From Amphiscolops sp. MND2022 (Eukaryota), in the NCBI GenBank assembly GCA_964187785.1, contig OZ076409.1, positions 92,940,001 through 93,004,000 on the forward strand: a DNA stretch of 64,000 nucleotides, in the 5' to 3' direction. Positions within the stretch are counted from its first letter, which is position 1, and every line of letters begins with the position of its first letter. The position numbers and the translations under genes are program-made. The notes beneath the pieces are model-generated. The model worked only from the letters and a program-made list of their open reading frames with translations, did not search any database and had not been told where the DNA came from. This document shows, piece by piece, positions 1 through 13,200 of this stretch.

Positions 1-2754
1 CTTTCAAAAGCTAAAAATATTTGTACAGTCCAAGCGAGAAGAACGTAATGTGAAACAAATTTCAACAAGAGACGCACTGGCAACCCTGGTTGAAACTGCT
101 TGGACCTTAAGGCGGTATTCTGCTGATACGCTTTTAAAAAAGAATTAGACACTTTCCAGTTTCAATTCTTCGATAATACATCATCGGCATATGCAACTAG
201 TTCTGTCATCGGCATATGCATATCTGTTATGAAAACTAGTTCAAGGACATATGCACATCGAATAACAGAACGGCTTTTCAAAACAAAGTATTTGTTGTAA
301 CGGAACCCACTGGTACAACGAGATTTCAAATAAGTGTTTCGACCAAAGTACTTGCCAAAAAAGCAGTTCAGAAAACGAGGCAAGCCGCCCGCGGAGACGA
401 CCGAGCAGGAACACTGAGAACTGAACAGCTGCAGAGCTGAGAGAACTAAAGACTCTTTTTGAGGCGCTAACCCTGGTTTTTACCGATTTTCAGCCTTATG
501 CTACCCCAAGTAGCGGAAACCAATGAAATGAGTCTTTTGGATTAATTATCCTTGTTTGACACTTGGAGCATCTGCGCCCCAGCTTGTAGCTGTGTGGTTT
601 GTCATATTCATGCTTTACTGTATTTTCATGGTGTTTGGCTGTATTAACTAGCTCGAGCGCTAGTTTTAGATACTATTCCGAATTTTAGACCTTATACCGA
701 TATCACCCTGAAGATGGAAATTTACACTGTTAATCCTTGGCAATGTTTTTAGAGGCTGTTGAAATGGTAGTTGTGAATAGAAAAAAGAATAATGCCCGTT
801 ATTCTCAGCAGTTACAGACTGGACTCAGGCCGGAGAGCATCCTTCAAGACGGTTACCACTCCTCGGGACCAGCAACCCTTAGGAGGTAAAATTAGCTGGT
901 GTCATGGTGGTTTGTCCCGGACCATATCCATGGCACCAGTTCCTTCACCCTACCGTCACGTCACAAACGCTTAGCTCTTGCCGATACATGTCTTGCTTCC
1001 GTCCTCCTAAGATCCATTCAAGTCCCAGAAATATTTTTAAAATTTCGACTATACGGATCTTGATTGTTATATGTTTTGACGGGAACCTTTCAAATCTCTT
1101 AAAGTGCATTTTTTGAGAAGACTCTCATCAGAGAAATAAGCAACAAATAACCAACGATGTCATCTTTGAGACTTTAAAAACCTTATTGCTCGACAGACAA
1201 ACATTTAAAAAAACAAAAGTTGTTGGAAAAGAATTTTTCGAGAATAATTATGGATTTAAAAAATTTTGAAAAAGTTATTCGAGAAGTCGCACAGTAGTGA
1301 TGCAATGTCCAGAAGTTACCCTCTCAGCTCCAAAAAAATTTTCTGTAAAAACAAAAAAATCAGTAAGAAAATTGCGGAACACAATCCCACGGTACCGATA
1401 AACAACCACAACCGTTTGTGGAAACCTTTTTTAATGCAAGCTGAGGTGGAAAAGAGACCAAAACTTTGGTTTCACGCGGGAATCGAAACCAAGTACTCCA
1501 AAAGGAAAAAGTTCACGACCAAAAATATGAGGTTGCCTAATTCTCACTTTTTTGGAAGGAGTTTTATACCGTCGAAGCTTCGAAATTTTTACTGGAAAAT
1601 GTATCGTTGTGTCAGCGAGTAAACGGTTGATTAGCAAGGGTCCTGATTTATCCGCCAACGATTTTCATGATTTTTGTTAGGATACAGAACCGGCCTGTGA
1701 TGGCGAAAGGTCGTCGCCTGAGAAATGACTAGAACTAAGATGTCTCAAACCCAAAAACTTATGCGTGAGAATATCTTCTTGTATTAAAAAAGTTGTTATA
1801 AGACGTTTAGTACCGGGAAGAAGAGAGGCGGGGAATGTTGTCAAGGGGTAGTTGCTCCTTCCTTCGATTCGTGGTTGAACATCTAGTCAATTGGGTAGCG
1901 AAAAAAGTTCATGGGTTCACGAATGAATGGCTCGGAGCGACAAATTCATATAGCAAAGTCGAGTTTGGATAATGCAGCAACCTATGCAACAAAAGTTATG
2001 AAAGATTCAAGGGAAATTCCAACAGTGAAAGCCGCCGGAAATTCTCAACAACCACAATCAATTAAGTTGTTTTGAAACAATCCAGTCTTTCAGTGAAAGT
2101 TGTTGAACTACTAGAAAGCAGTTTTTATCTTCCGTCTAATTTTATTTTGGGAAGAGAAAGTTCATAAATCAGCAGCGTTTATCCCAGAACATGATCCAAG
2201 TTATTCCACAGAGTTCAACTAATGTAAACTTAATTTCGTGGAATATCTAATTTCAAGTTGGTTAATGTTTTTCAGAAATGATTGAGTTGACTCCATAATA
2301 CCATCAAATTAGTCAAAAATTAAAAACTACCTTTAACAATTTTTATGATATTTTTGTGCAGGTTTTGACTGCTTTCCTGGGTCAGGAATCCGAACTATTC
2401 AAAAACAAAGGAAACATGGTTGGTCAAGTATGAGCTTTTGAAGCAAATCGAAATCTTTGAGAATAAAAAACGTGCCTTAAACTTATTGCAAAATTTTTGT
2501 GTATTTAGTTGACGCAATTTTTTTTGTTAGACTACTGAATGTGTGCGAAAGGTTCACTTTTCAACAGAGTATAAAGTTTGTTTACGCCGCCAGTTTGTTC
2601 GCACCGACAGTAGCCATGCGCGCTTCCCAAGCAGACAACCACCGGTACGAGAGCTATTCGTCTCTGATTGCAAACCCTTGAAGTGTCGAAGGTCCCCTTT
2701 GAGATTTTTGGCACTGTATGGCTTTTTGTCGATTTTTTTGTTTCTTCAGAGTGA

Positions 2755-3347
2755 CCCTAATGGACCCAGGCGGTTTTGCAAATTTTCAAAAAATTTGATT
2801 GAAAAAATATAAATCATCAGTATCTCCACAACTACGCATACCAGAGAAATGAACTATAGCGCGTTTGAAAGGTATGGTATTGGGCTTTCATTTTGGTCAG
2901 GTGGGCTCCAGTCTCCGCGCGCCCCTTCCTTCAGAATTTTAGTTTCTTCTTCCGGTACCACCGCTTCGCGACAGTTCCGCACTTCGTGCGGACCGCTACG
3001 CGGGGGCTTGTAGTAACAACAGAATACTATTGGGATTTGTTGCGTAAGAACTTGTTGTGCAAGTGCATGGGGTTGAGTTTTCCTATGGGTGAAAATTTTC
3101 TGAGAGTATTGGAATTCGCCAAAAACGGAAACTTAGAAAAAATAACCATTTTTTGTGCAAAAAACCTCATTTTTCTCAGTTTTGGAGACATATTCACTTT
3201 TCCTAATGCTTGTGCCATTCAAACCAATCTAGGTACCAAGGTATTGTTGAGAAAAAACTGTGCTAGAGAATATGGGGTACTGGCAAAACCTATCAGAAAA
3301 TGAAAAAAAAAGTATGTTGCCATAAGGCGACGCTGGGTTGATTAGGG
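2755..3347. mobile_element. Probable MITE with imperfect CCC...GGG terminal inverted repeats (piggyBac-like ends)
   Basis: Left end CCCTAATGGACCCAG (2755) matches the reverse complement of the right end, CCCTAATCAACCCAG (ends 3347). The flanks (GTGA/TAAA) are only degenerate TTAA. Confidence 0.4.
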
Positions 3348-3520
3348 TAAACGTTGAAACAATTAGTTATCAAGTACAATTTTCAGAAAAGTCTTCAGAA
3401 CTTCTTTTTGAAAATTATAACCGTATTTAGCAATTTTCTTAAAAAATTAGAACAATTTAATAGAAAGGGATTTCAGAGTTCAAAGATGAAGAAAATATCT
3501 ACTAAGCAAACGTTTATCGA

Positions 3521-4188
3521 AACAAGCCGGGACCGGCCCAAGTCGGCACCATATCCAAGGCTCAAAAATGGCAAAAAGACTTCCAGGTGTCAAAAATTCT
3601 CTTTTACAGTACTCAAAAATCGAAAATATTCTGAAGAAATATTTTTGAAAAAATTACATACTAAAAAATGGACTGAGTGGCGCGCCGGGGCTCGCTAGCG
3701 CAATCCCCTGGCGCGCTAAAGTCTCACAATGCCGAAAAACTGAAAAGGGGGACCTTTTGAGGTTTTTCAACATCCATTCTGTCGCAAAACATGAAAAAAT
3801 TGAAAAAAAAATTATTTCCGGGAATAAATCTCACAATGCCGAAAAAACTGAAAGGAAGGGACCATTTGGGATTTTCCAACATCCATTCTGCAGCAAAACA
3901 TCAAAAAAATGCAGGGGGGACCCTATGGGGAAAAAATTTCCGACAAAAAATGTCTCGCAGTGCCGAAAAAAATTGAAAGGGGGGACTCTTTGGTCTCGCC
4001 CGGTATGGTATGTTACGCGGAAAAACAGGTTAAACCATTTTGGTCCAGTTCGCTAGGCCAAATGGTGCAATTTGACACCATAATATTTTGTAGAACTTTT
4101 AAGAACTATTTTGGTCAGTTCCTGTGGATAGAACAAAAAAGAGTCACTATAATAGTCGCCTTTCACTTCATGAAGCGCCGACTAAAAA
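3521..4188 (-). mobile_element. Non-autonomous Helentron/DINE-1-like (HINE) repeat, copy 1
   Basis: AACAAG-GCCGG/GA/CCGGC hairpin, then AAGTCGGCAC subTIR at one end. ATAGTCG...GCGCCGACTAAAAA inverted repeat plus subTIR at the other. Internal tandem GTGCCGAAAAA...GGGGGACCC units. Confidence 0.65.
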
Positions 4189-4341
4189 CTTGATTTTTTT
4201 TATTTTAAGGCACTCAAAATGACCCAAAAAAACGAAATCAAAAACGGTTACACTATTAGCTTGTTCTTGCAGGTTTGTATTTTCACGGAAAACAAAAGAT
4301 ATATCCAGTGAAGAACTTGTTTCTGACAAAGGTTAACTTCC

Positions 4342-4796
4342 AACAAGACGGGAACGTCTAAAGTCGGCGCCATATCTAAGGCTCAAAAAGCGCAAAAGAT
4401 TTTTTTGGAAAAAAATTGAAATAGTGCCGAAAAATGTAAAAGGGGGACCCTTCTGGATTTATTAACAGACATTCCGTTGCAAAATATCAAAAAACTCGAA
4501 GGGGGACCCTTTGGGGACCAAAAAAAATTTTCGAAAAAAAAGTCGCACAGTGCCGAAAAAAACTCAAAGGGGGGACACTATAGTCTCGTCCTGTTTTGTA
4601 TCTTGCGATAAAAATGGACTTACTGCAATGGGGGACCCTTTGCACTATCTCAAATGCGCTGCCAGTATTTTAGTAGTTTTGTATTTAGTAGTTGAACGTT
4701 AATTTTAACGTTCGTCGCTTCGAGTCTGTCTTAAATAAACAAAACGAGTGACTGTAATAGTCGGGCTCTTTTCTTAAGAAAAGCGCCGACTAAAAA
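4342..4796 (-). mobile_element. HINE-like repeat, copy 2
   Basis: AACAAGACGGGAACGTCTAAAGTCGGCGCCATATCTAAGGCTC at the start and ATAGTCGGGC...AAGCGCCGACTAAAAA at the end. Confidence 0.65.
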
Positions 4797-5057
4797 CGTG
4801 TGCAAAAGTCTGAGGAAACGCGAAATTATCAATTTTCGATAGTTTTATCTCTTTTGCTCGATGTTTAGGTGTTTTCATAGGTTTAGGTGTTTTCATAGCT
4901 GTGAGAACAAACGGAAAATTTTTGTCAACATAGCAATCTTCTGTAAAATTTTGATGGAACAATGCCTAATTGCATCAAAAAACGTAAATTTCACGGCCAC
5001 TTAGCAACCTCACAAATTTTCAAAAACTAGAGTTACTCTGAAAGATCAAAAATGCAG

Positions 5058-5504
5058 AAACAAGACGAGAACGTCTAAAGTCGGCGCCATATCTAAGGCT
5101 CAAAAAGCGCAAAACATTTTTTTGGAAAAAATTAATTTTTTTTCTTTCAAAAAAGTCGCATAGTGCCGAAAAATGTAAAAGGGGGGACCCTTCTCGAATC
5201 ATTAACATACATTCCGTTGGAAAATATCAAAAAACTCGAAGGGGGACACTTTGGGGACAGTGCCGAAAAAAATCTAAAGGGGGGACCCTTGAGGCACGTC
5301 CGGTATATTAGGGTACGTTAAAAAAGTAAAAAATGAAAGGGGGGACCCTTTGGAGACAAAAAAAATTTCGGAAAAAAAGTCGCACAGTGCCGAAAAAAAT
5401 CCAAAGTCTCCCTTGGCCGGACTTGGCCTCAGGTGCTCAGGTGGTTCCAGGATTGTTTCTAAAAAGTGGACCGATCAGTGTGAGCATTGTAGTCTGAAGA
5501 AAAA
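5058..5504 (-). mobile_element. HINE-like repeat, copy 3 (truncated, head-to-tail with copy 4)
   Basis: Same start motif as copy 2. It lacks the terminal GCGCCGACTAAAAA and runs directly into the next copy at an A-run. Confidence 0.6.
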
Positions 5505-5704
5505 ACAAGACGAGACCGTCTAAAGTCGGCGCCATATCTAAGGCTCAAAAAGCGCAAGACATTTTTTTTGGAAAAAAACTTGTAATTTTTGAAAACAAAA
5601 ATTCTTTCAAAAAAAGTCGCATAGTGCCGAAAAATGTAGAAGGGGGACCCTTTGGGATTTATTAGCATACATTTAGTTGCAAAATATGAAAAAACTCGAA
5701 GGGG
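5505..5704 (-). mobile_element. HINE-like repeat, copy 4, left part (interrupted by the LTR element)
   Basis: ACAAGACGAGACCGTCTAAAGTCGGCGCC...AAAACTCGAAGGGG, which resumes as GGGGGGACCC at 34508. Confidence 0.7.
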
Positions 5705-6105
5705 TGTGATGCCATGATGCATGTCCTCAAAGAATCTATAAATTTGAAATATTCTGAACTCTTAACCAAACCAATTAGTAATTGTAATCTAATTTAGAAG
5801 CTGAGAAACTTCATTTAATAGATCCTGTATCAAGCTCCCCTGCTTCATCCTGTTGCTGTCACAATGTTAATTGATGTAACCTACCCTAGTTAATAGAATA
5901 TATCTACTCGGAGAAATTGAGAATTCATCCTAGCAATCAGTCTTCCTCCCATACTTCAAGAACTGAGATCTCAGAAATAGATTGCACTCAGAACTAGCTA
6001 GCTACAAGATAAAAGATAAGACGACTCCGCTGTTAAAATCCTACACTTCTTATGTCAGTTCTAACTCTTCTAAAAGAAACCATCACACAACTTTTTAACA
6101 GCTCA
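5705..6105 (+). repeat. 5' LTR (401 bp)
   Basis: Starts TG and ends CA. Matches 34107-34507 with about 10 substitutions counted by eye. Confidence 0.95.
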
Positions 6106-6107
6106 AT

Positions 6108-6125
6108 TGGTGCGACCAAGAAAAT
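6108..6125 (+). other. Putative primer-binding site (tRNA not assigned)
   Basis: TGGTGCGACC... begins 2 nt after the LTR end, the canonical PBS position. TGG is complementary to the tRNA CCA end. Confidence 0.65.
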
Positions 6126-6259
6126 TCTTTTTTCTCTCCCATTTATTTCACACACCTACAATTGTTGTACTTCTTTCCTTGACTTTCTCATACGCTATCT
6201 CTTTGTTCGACACACAGTTTCTCCACCTCTCAACATCGCCTATCGTTATTAACTTCAAC

Positions 6260-6520
6260 GTTGCAACCAATTTCTATTTGAAATTGATTCGTGTTGCTAT
6301 GGTTCTGACTACGTCCTTCCACGTAATTCCTGTCAGTTACATTTCTTGGTTCTGACTGCGTTTCTCAACGTAATTCCTGTCAGTCATATTTCTTGGTTCT
6401 GACTACGTTTCTTCACGTAATTCCTGTCAGTAAATTTTTCGTTCCAACCACCACTGAGTGAATTCGTGTTGGCTTTTTCTCTTTCTTCCGTTCCAACCGC
6501 AGACGTGCGATACCTGTTGG
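6260..6520 (+). promoter_or_regulatory. Array of six bulged stem-loops in the retroelement leader, including a 47-bp tandem repeat x3; candidate packaging/Gag-binding signal
   Basis: Consensus GTT-NNRAC-[inner stem-loop]-AT(T/A)C(C/G)T-GTYNN at 6263, 6305, 6352, 6399, 6444 and 6493. Stem sequences differ while pairing is kept. Confidence 0.7.
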
Positions 6521-6844
6521 CCCTTCTCCAGTGCTATCCAGCGATACCTGCTAGTAGAAATCTCTTTGGTTCTAGCCGCTTGGATCAACTTCAAAGTTGG
6601 CACACATATTTAACACATATTTGCTACATAACATATTTATAATACCTTCTTATTCTCTCTTCTATAGTACAAATAACATACAAAACTCTTTTAAAACTAG
6701 CTTACGGATCCAAATACATAACAATTAAGATATATACCACATACTTCACATATTTCTTTATATAATTTTCATTTTTCATACACCTATATACAACAAATTT
6801 TTGTACAACCTTTTTGACATACTCTTAATAAAACTTTATTGTAC

Positions 6845-6967
6845 ATGCCGCCTTCAGTAGACACTATAGTTAAACTTATTGTCTGCTTTTGGTTCTTTGT
6901 TGCTATCATAGCTGGTCTTGCACTTTTTGTGGACAAATTCTTAATTTCATTTATACCAAAACTTTGA
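6845..6967 (+). CDS. Small hydrophobic uORF (40 aa, one predicted TM helix)
   Basis: MPPSVDTIVKLIVCFWFFVAIIAGLALFVDKFLISFIPKL*, translated by hand; below the ORF-track cutoff. Confidence 0.4.
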   Translation: MPPSVDTIVKLIVCFWFFVAIIAGLALFVDKFLISFIPKL

Positions 6968-6986
6968 AGTACAACCTTTTTCTTCT

Positions 6987-7226
6987 ATGTTAACAAGTAT
7001 AGTACTACCTCTTTTTGGACTACTTAGTATCTACCACACTTTCCATATACTTATCCAATATATACAAAACCCATTCCTTCTTTTCATAAGTATTGCACTT
7101 ACTATTTTCTTACAAGTTGCTTTCATAGATCAAATTTTACCATATAACTCCCAATTCAATACAAAATATCTTCTTTTCCGATACATCTATCCTTTATGGC
7201 AATCTTATTATACTAATCAAACTTAA
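6987..7226 (+). CDS. Small hydrophobic uORF (79 aa, two hydrophobic segments)
   Basis: MLTSIVLPLFGLLSIYH...PFLLFISIALTIFLQVAFI; ends 9 nt before the gag ATG at 7236. Confidence 0.4.
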   Translation: MLTSIVLPLFGLLSIYHTFHILIQYIQNPFLLFISIALTIFLQVAFIDQILPYNSQFNTKYLLFRYIYPLWQSYYTNQT

Positions 7227-7235
7227 TATCATATA

Positions 7236-10200
7236 ATGCTCCCCACTCCATTTACAGTCACTACTGACAAAAGATAAAATCGATCTCTTATACAAGATGT
7301 AACACCTTTTCTACAAAACATTATCTTTCAGTACACTAACCCACTTCCATTTGAAACAGAACCCCATATATTACATACTATTCCATTAGTACGAGAACAT
7401 TGTGATTCTTACCTATATTATATCCACTATAAAACACTTGACATTACACCATCACAAACTCTTTTTCAAGTTATTTTTAACCCTGTTAAAGGAATAAATT
7501 CTGGAACATTTTATAGAACTATACACCCACAGAATATTACACTTTCTATACAAGATGTTTTTCACACATACATGCAAAAACTCATTGAATTCAATGAACA
7601 CCAAGACACACCACTTTATCGTCCTTCTCATTTACAAGAACTAAAACACCTATCTGAATATTTCGAGGTCCCCGATCTTGACACGAAAGTTCAAAGACAT
7701 GATAACCCTCATTATTGGCTACAACGAGATATATTACAAATAAAACATTTCCAGTTCAAATTCTTTACAAAAATTATCCTTACAGATGACACTATACCTC
7801 AAGTCAAAATTTTTACGCATTTCTTATTAAAGTTCCTTAGATTTAACTATCAACTACTTTGGGAACAAAAAGACCAACAAGCTTATATTAACTTCCCACA
7901 AGCACTAACACATATAGAACTCCTACCATACATCATAAACAATCAAAACAAACATTTACATTACATAGATCTTACTTCATTAAATGTTACACATTTTGAA
8001 CAAATAAACCTAGATCACAACTTTGTACTTGAACATTCTGAAACTTCAGATAACAGACCTTATACTACATCTGATACTTCTCATACAACAACTCATAAAG
8101 AACTAACCTCTAATACCCAACCTTCATATATCAGACAACAATCAGAATAATCAGAACAATCAGAACAAGAATCACCAACGCAAGAAACACTTGTTAACCT
8201 TTTTCAAAATCCTGATTCTCCTCCGAGACAACCACAATTACAAGTCTCTGATATACAACTCCCAAATTCTTCTGACACAAATACAATTCACAATACATCA
8301 GAACATTCTGAAGAAACAGTACAAAATACACGAAGTTTTACAATAACGGATGATTCAAGTCTTATAATCATTCCTACCCACACTATCACCCAAAACGAAA
8401 TTACAAACCAAAATCAAGACAACACTTCAAATACTAACCCAGACAATACCTCTGTTTTATCTACATCTAATACTACTATTACACACCCCTCTCACACACA
8501 AATACTATCTCCTCGAAATTATAATCCACCTTCTGTTCCACCTCAATTCTCAACTCAGATAAATACCCTTAACTCTCCACAACAAAGCTCTTCAAATACA
8601 CACTCTATTACACAGAACAATAATACAGTACATTTTCAAACACCAACTCCACCATCATCTTCTGCAATACAAACTTTAACTTATACTCCAGCTCAAACCA
8701 ATTCAGTACAAATTACACAGCCTACCTTAAACATTAACACAATTCATTCCAATCCCTCCTCTAATTATACCACAGCCAGACAACTTTCTCGACCTCCATT
8801 ACAACCTATATTAACTAATCCATTATCATACAATCTTACCAGTACTAATCCAAGTCATACACAACAATCTCAGATAAACTAAAACACACACAACCAGTTA
8901 AACACTCTTTCTTCCCAACATACATCCAATACAATCACTCCTACATTACAAACTTCCCAATTTCATATACCAAATCCCCCTTCGACAACAATTAGAACTA
9001 ACCCTCACCTTCATAGTACTTCTTTACCTAATATTTCCAATAACCCCACATACAATACAACACCTCCATCTACTATGTCTCATAACACTATGTCACACCC
9101 AACATATATTAACTCTTCTACTTCTATATCAGAACCCATTAAACCTTTTGATGGACTCGATCACAACTATACACCTGAAGAATATTTACAACATATTGAG
9201 GCACGTGTTACATTTTCCTTAGGTTTACAACCTACATTGGAACATGAATATAAATTTTGGCACGCCCGTCGCATGGCTTTTATACAATGCTCTTTAACAG
9301 GTACAGCACTAAGCTGGTACATTCGTTTAAACGACACTTATAAACATGATTGGCACGCTTTTGTACAAGCTTTCAAAAAACAATTTTCCTCCCAAAAGAA
9401 CGCTTACTATGCTCAAGTTGAAGCCCTTAATTTAACAAAGAAGGACAATGAAACAGTACGTCATTTTGCACTCAAAGTTCAACAACTGGTTGAAAAAGGC
9501 TGGTGTAATGAGAATGCATCTACTATAAACCTTAAATGTAATGAAATCTTTACAAAAGGACTTCCAAAAAACCTTAAAGATTTTGCAAATAAAAGACAAG
9601 TAAAACACACCTCCACTGTCTTATAACCTTCAATTCCTTTTCATACTTTGGTAAAACTTGTTGACGCCGAAGATATTGCAAACGACAAAATCAGAACACA
9701 CGATCTTGCACTTGAAATCAATAATATTACAAAACAATTGAACACTCAAACCCTAGATCACCCATCTCAAGAACAACTTATGTATACACAACCCAAAGAC
9801 CCAAATAACAAAAATAAACCTGCATATAAAAAATATTGCTCATACTGTCATAGAACAAATCACTCCATTTCTGCTTGTTTCAAAAAACAACGAGATGACG
9901 AAGATAAACGAGAAGCTAATGCTCGATCAAAATCTCCACAAAAATCATTCGTTCAGTACTTTCGTTCTCCTTCCAATGACAGAACAAAACACTATGATAA
10001 TCGATACCGAAGTCGAAGCACTTCCCGAGACAACTCCTATAACCAAAAATATTCACAAAACCGATACCGTTCTACATCTCGAGATAGACACAAATTTCGT
10101 TATGACAAAAGTACTACTCCTCCACACTACTCCAGATCAAGATATGACACATACAAACGTGATTCTCGATCTTACCGTTCTCCTTACAGATCTTCTTATA

Positions 10201-13200
10201 GATCCCCATATAGACAAAACTCTCGTCCTAGATACAGATCACGCTCTTATTCAAGAGATAACAAATTCACCAAATACACAAATTCATATAGACCACCTTC
10301 AAGACCAAGAGATTCTAGATTTTCTAGATCTCGCTCACACTCAAATTCCAGAAATAAAATCAATATGATACAACAACAAGACCAAACTGACCCTATCAAA
10401 TTTGAAGTACACATGTATCACCCAACAGCAATGGCAAAAGCTGTCACACCTACAAGTTGGTTTTATACTCTATATGTACACACCCCATCAAGTATAGTAC
10501 AAAGAGACAACCCATCTAGATTAGAAATTGCATTCCTCCTAGATAGCGGTGCTTCCATTTCTGTACTCAATTATCCAACATACATAACTCTTACAAAACT
10601 TCTCGATATCAGACCAAATCACACCTCTGATGTTGGACCAACTCGAAATTCCAAAACACTAACTGTTGCAAACCAAACTGAAGTTCCTATTTTACATTAT
10701 GCAAATATAATTCTCAACACCACTATTGACGAAAACTCTCGTTACTTTTCAGTACCTTTAGCAGTAGCTGATAATAAATACAATATCCTTGGTACACCAT
10801 TCTTTGAAGACAATATACAAAACATAAACATACAAGACTTTACACTCGAATTTAAATACCAATCAAAAACAAACCCAAATTATGCAAAATTTACAACACT
10901 CCTATCTAAAGATTATCCATACTTCTCTTACATTTATAGAATTAACTCAAAAACTCAAATACGTCTAAAACCCAAATCTTCAAAAATTGCACACTTTCCG
11001 ATTAAAAATTATCATAATCTTCATTTTACAACTACACCACAGAACCACTTCTTTCCTTCAGTACCTCATACCTATTTTGCTACCAAATTCCGTTCAAATT
11101 TCAATTTCATTGAAGTATTCACAGACGACAAGCCAGATATTTGTGCAACTATTATTCAGAACACTTCAACACATATTGCAACCCTACCTACAGTACATAT
11201 TGGATACATTGAAGTTCCAATTACTAATGAAAAACCTAAATTCTTCCAAGTCAACGACATTAATACTTTAATACACAATGTTACCCATACTTATCATCCT
11301 GATATTACTGAACCACTTCCACAGACCAATTATATTGTACAATATGATGATCCTACAACCCCTCCTCCACAATTCTCTCTACATCAAATTTATATGACAA
11401 ATAACGACATTCCAAACCAAACTTCTCCTTTATATAACGTTCAGCCTACTTCTCATACTTCCAAATGCTCAAGACTTAAACCAAATGCTCAACTTATGAC
11501 ACAACGTCCTTCCAAAGTCCCTATTCACTACCGAGACAAACTTAATGTACTTCTTAAAGAACTCGAAAAATATAACATTATCAAACAAATTGGTTCTTCT
11601 CCTCAAGACAAACCCGTTTATGGCACAACTTATTTAAATCCTCTTATTATAATCCCCAAGGGAGACACAATAAAATGTGTATTAGACGCTCGACATCATA
11701 ACTCCAATACAGAACAATCTGATGAATCTTGGCCTATTGAACCTCTTGCTCCACAACTAGCACGCGCAAACAAAAAGTACAAATCTGCTATTGACCTTAT
11801 GTATGCCTATGCACATACACCTCTTGACGAAGATACTATAAAACTTACTAGTTTCTCCTCCGGAGACAAACTTTTCGCTTTTATCCGAGGCTTTTATGGT
11901 CTCAAAGGACTACCAAACTTCTTTACAAAACAAATGTCTACTTTCTTTAAAACTCTTATAGAACAAGGTTTCGCTCTTGTCTACATTGACGATATATTAC
12001 TTTTATCTGATTCTAAAGAACACATGTTTCAACTCATAGAACAATTACACATTATTAGTACAAAAAATAATCTTAAACTAGCCCCTGAAAAATCCTTTTT
12101 CATGCTTCTTAAAGTCAAATTCCTTGGACATGAAATTGGTTACAATACAATTAAACCAATCCAATAAAAAATTGCAGCTTTTCATAAGATCCCTTCTCCA
12201 ACTGGCAAAGTTGCCCTAATGAGTTTCATTGGCGCACTCAATTTTTACACCAAATTTATTGAAAAACTACATTTTAACCTCAAACCGTTTTACGATCTTT
12301 TACATGAAAACACTCCTTGGAAATGGACAGACGAACACGAAAGTCTATTCCAAAAACTTAAATTGTCTCTCACTTCTGAAACAGAATTAACAATACCAAA
12401 TACAAAACATCCATTTTTCATTACAGTTGACGCTTCCCTTATTGGATTAGGCGCTGTCTTATTCCAATTAAATGAACAAAACAAAATGAAAGTCATATCG
12501 TACAACTCTCGTATACTTAATCCACAAGAACAAAAACTCTCCACACTTGATAGAGAACTTCTTGGTATAGTACACGCACTTCAAATCTATGAATTTCTCA
12601 TCATAGGTTCTCCCCATTCAATACATATTTTTACTGATCACAAACCTTTATTACATTGTTTTACAAAGAAAGGTAATCTCAGTCCTCGTTTCTATAGAGC
12701 TCAAATGCAACTGACAAAATTTTCAAAACTCAGAATAATTCACACTCCTGGAAAAAATCTCTCTGTTGCCGATATGTTGAGTCGCTCATTCACAAAAGCT
12801 GAATTACAACTTAACCAATTAAAACATAAACACCTCCCACCACAAATCGATTTTGCACTTTTACAAGATAACACTCTCAAACCTGTACATTACTTAATAA
12901 AACATGAAGAAATTTTACCTCATCAAAAACATGACTCTCATCCAATTCTTGCTGATTATGGTACAGATCAATTCTCTATTCGTATCAATGATAAAGGAAA
13001 TGACATTGTTGTCAAACCGTTACAATCCTTCTCATTCAAATCCATAACTCCTTTCCAAACTAAGTTCAGGACACCTACCAAAAAGAACAACAAAACCCTT
13101 CATCAACAATCTCTCTTACTTAATGATACTGACGTTACAAGTGATGACGAAGATCATATTCACACCAGAATTCCAAAATCTAACTCTTCCTTCTTACAAG

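Noticed and set aside
162..5722. Many 60-136 aa ORFs in the first 5.7 kb
   Set aside because: They are K/F-rich translations of A/T-run repeats with no protein motifs.
6301..6431. 47-bp repeats resembling a CRISPR array
   Set aside because: The units are tandem without unique spacers, there are no cas genes, and the context is a eukaryotic retroelement leader.
7275..12167. All five in-frame gag-pol stops are TAA, suggesting a variant genetic code or programmed readthrough
   Set aside because: Contexts imply different original codons (for example CAA in the QSE repeat, likely TCA in IQ*KI). Env has frameshifts, and other elements are broken by TGA/TAG too. Ordinary decay explains it.
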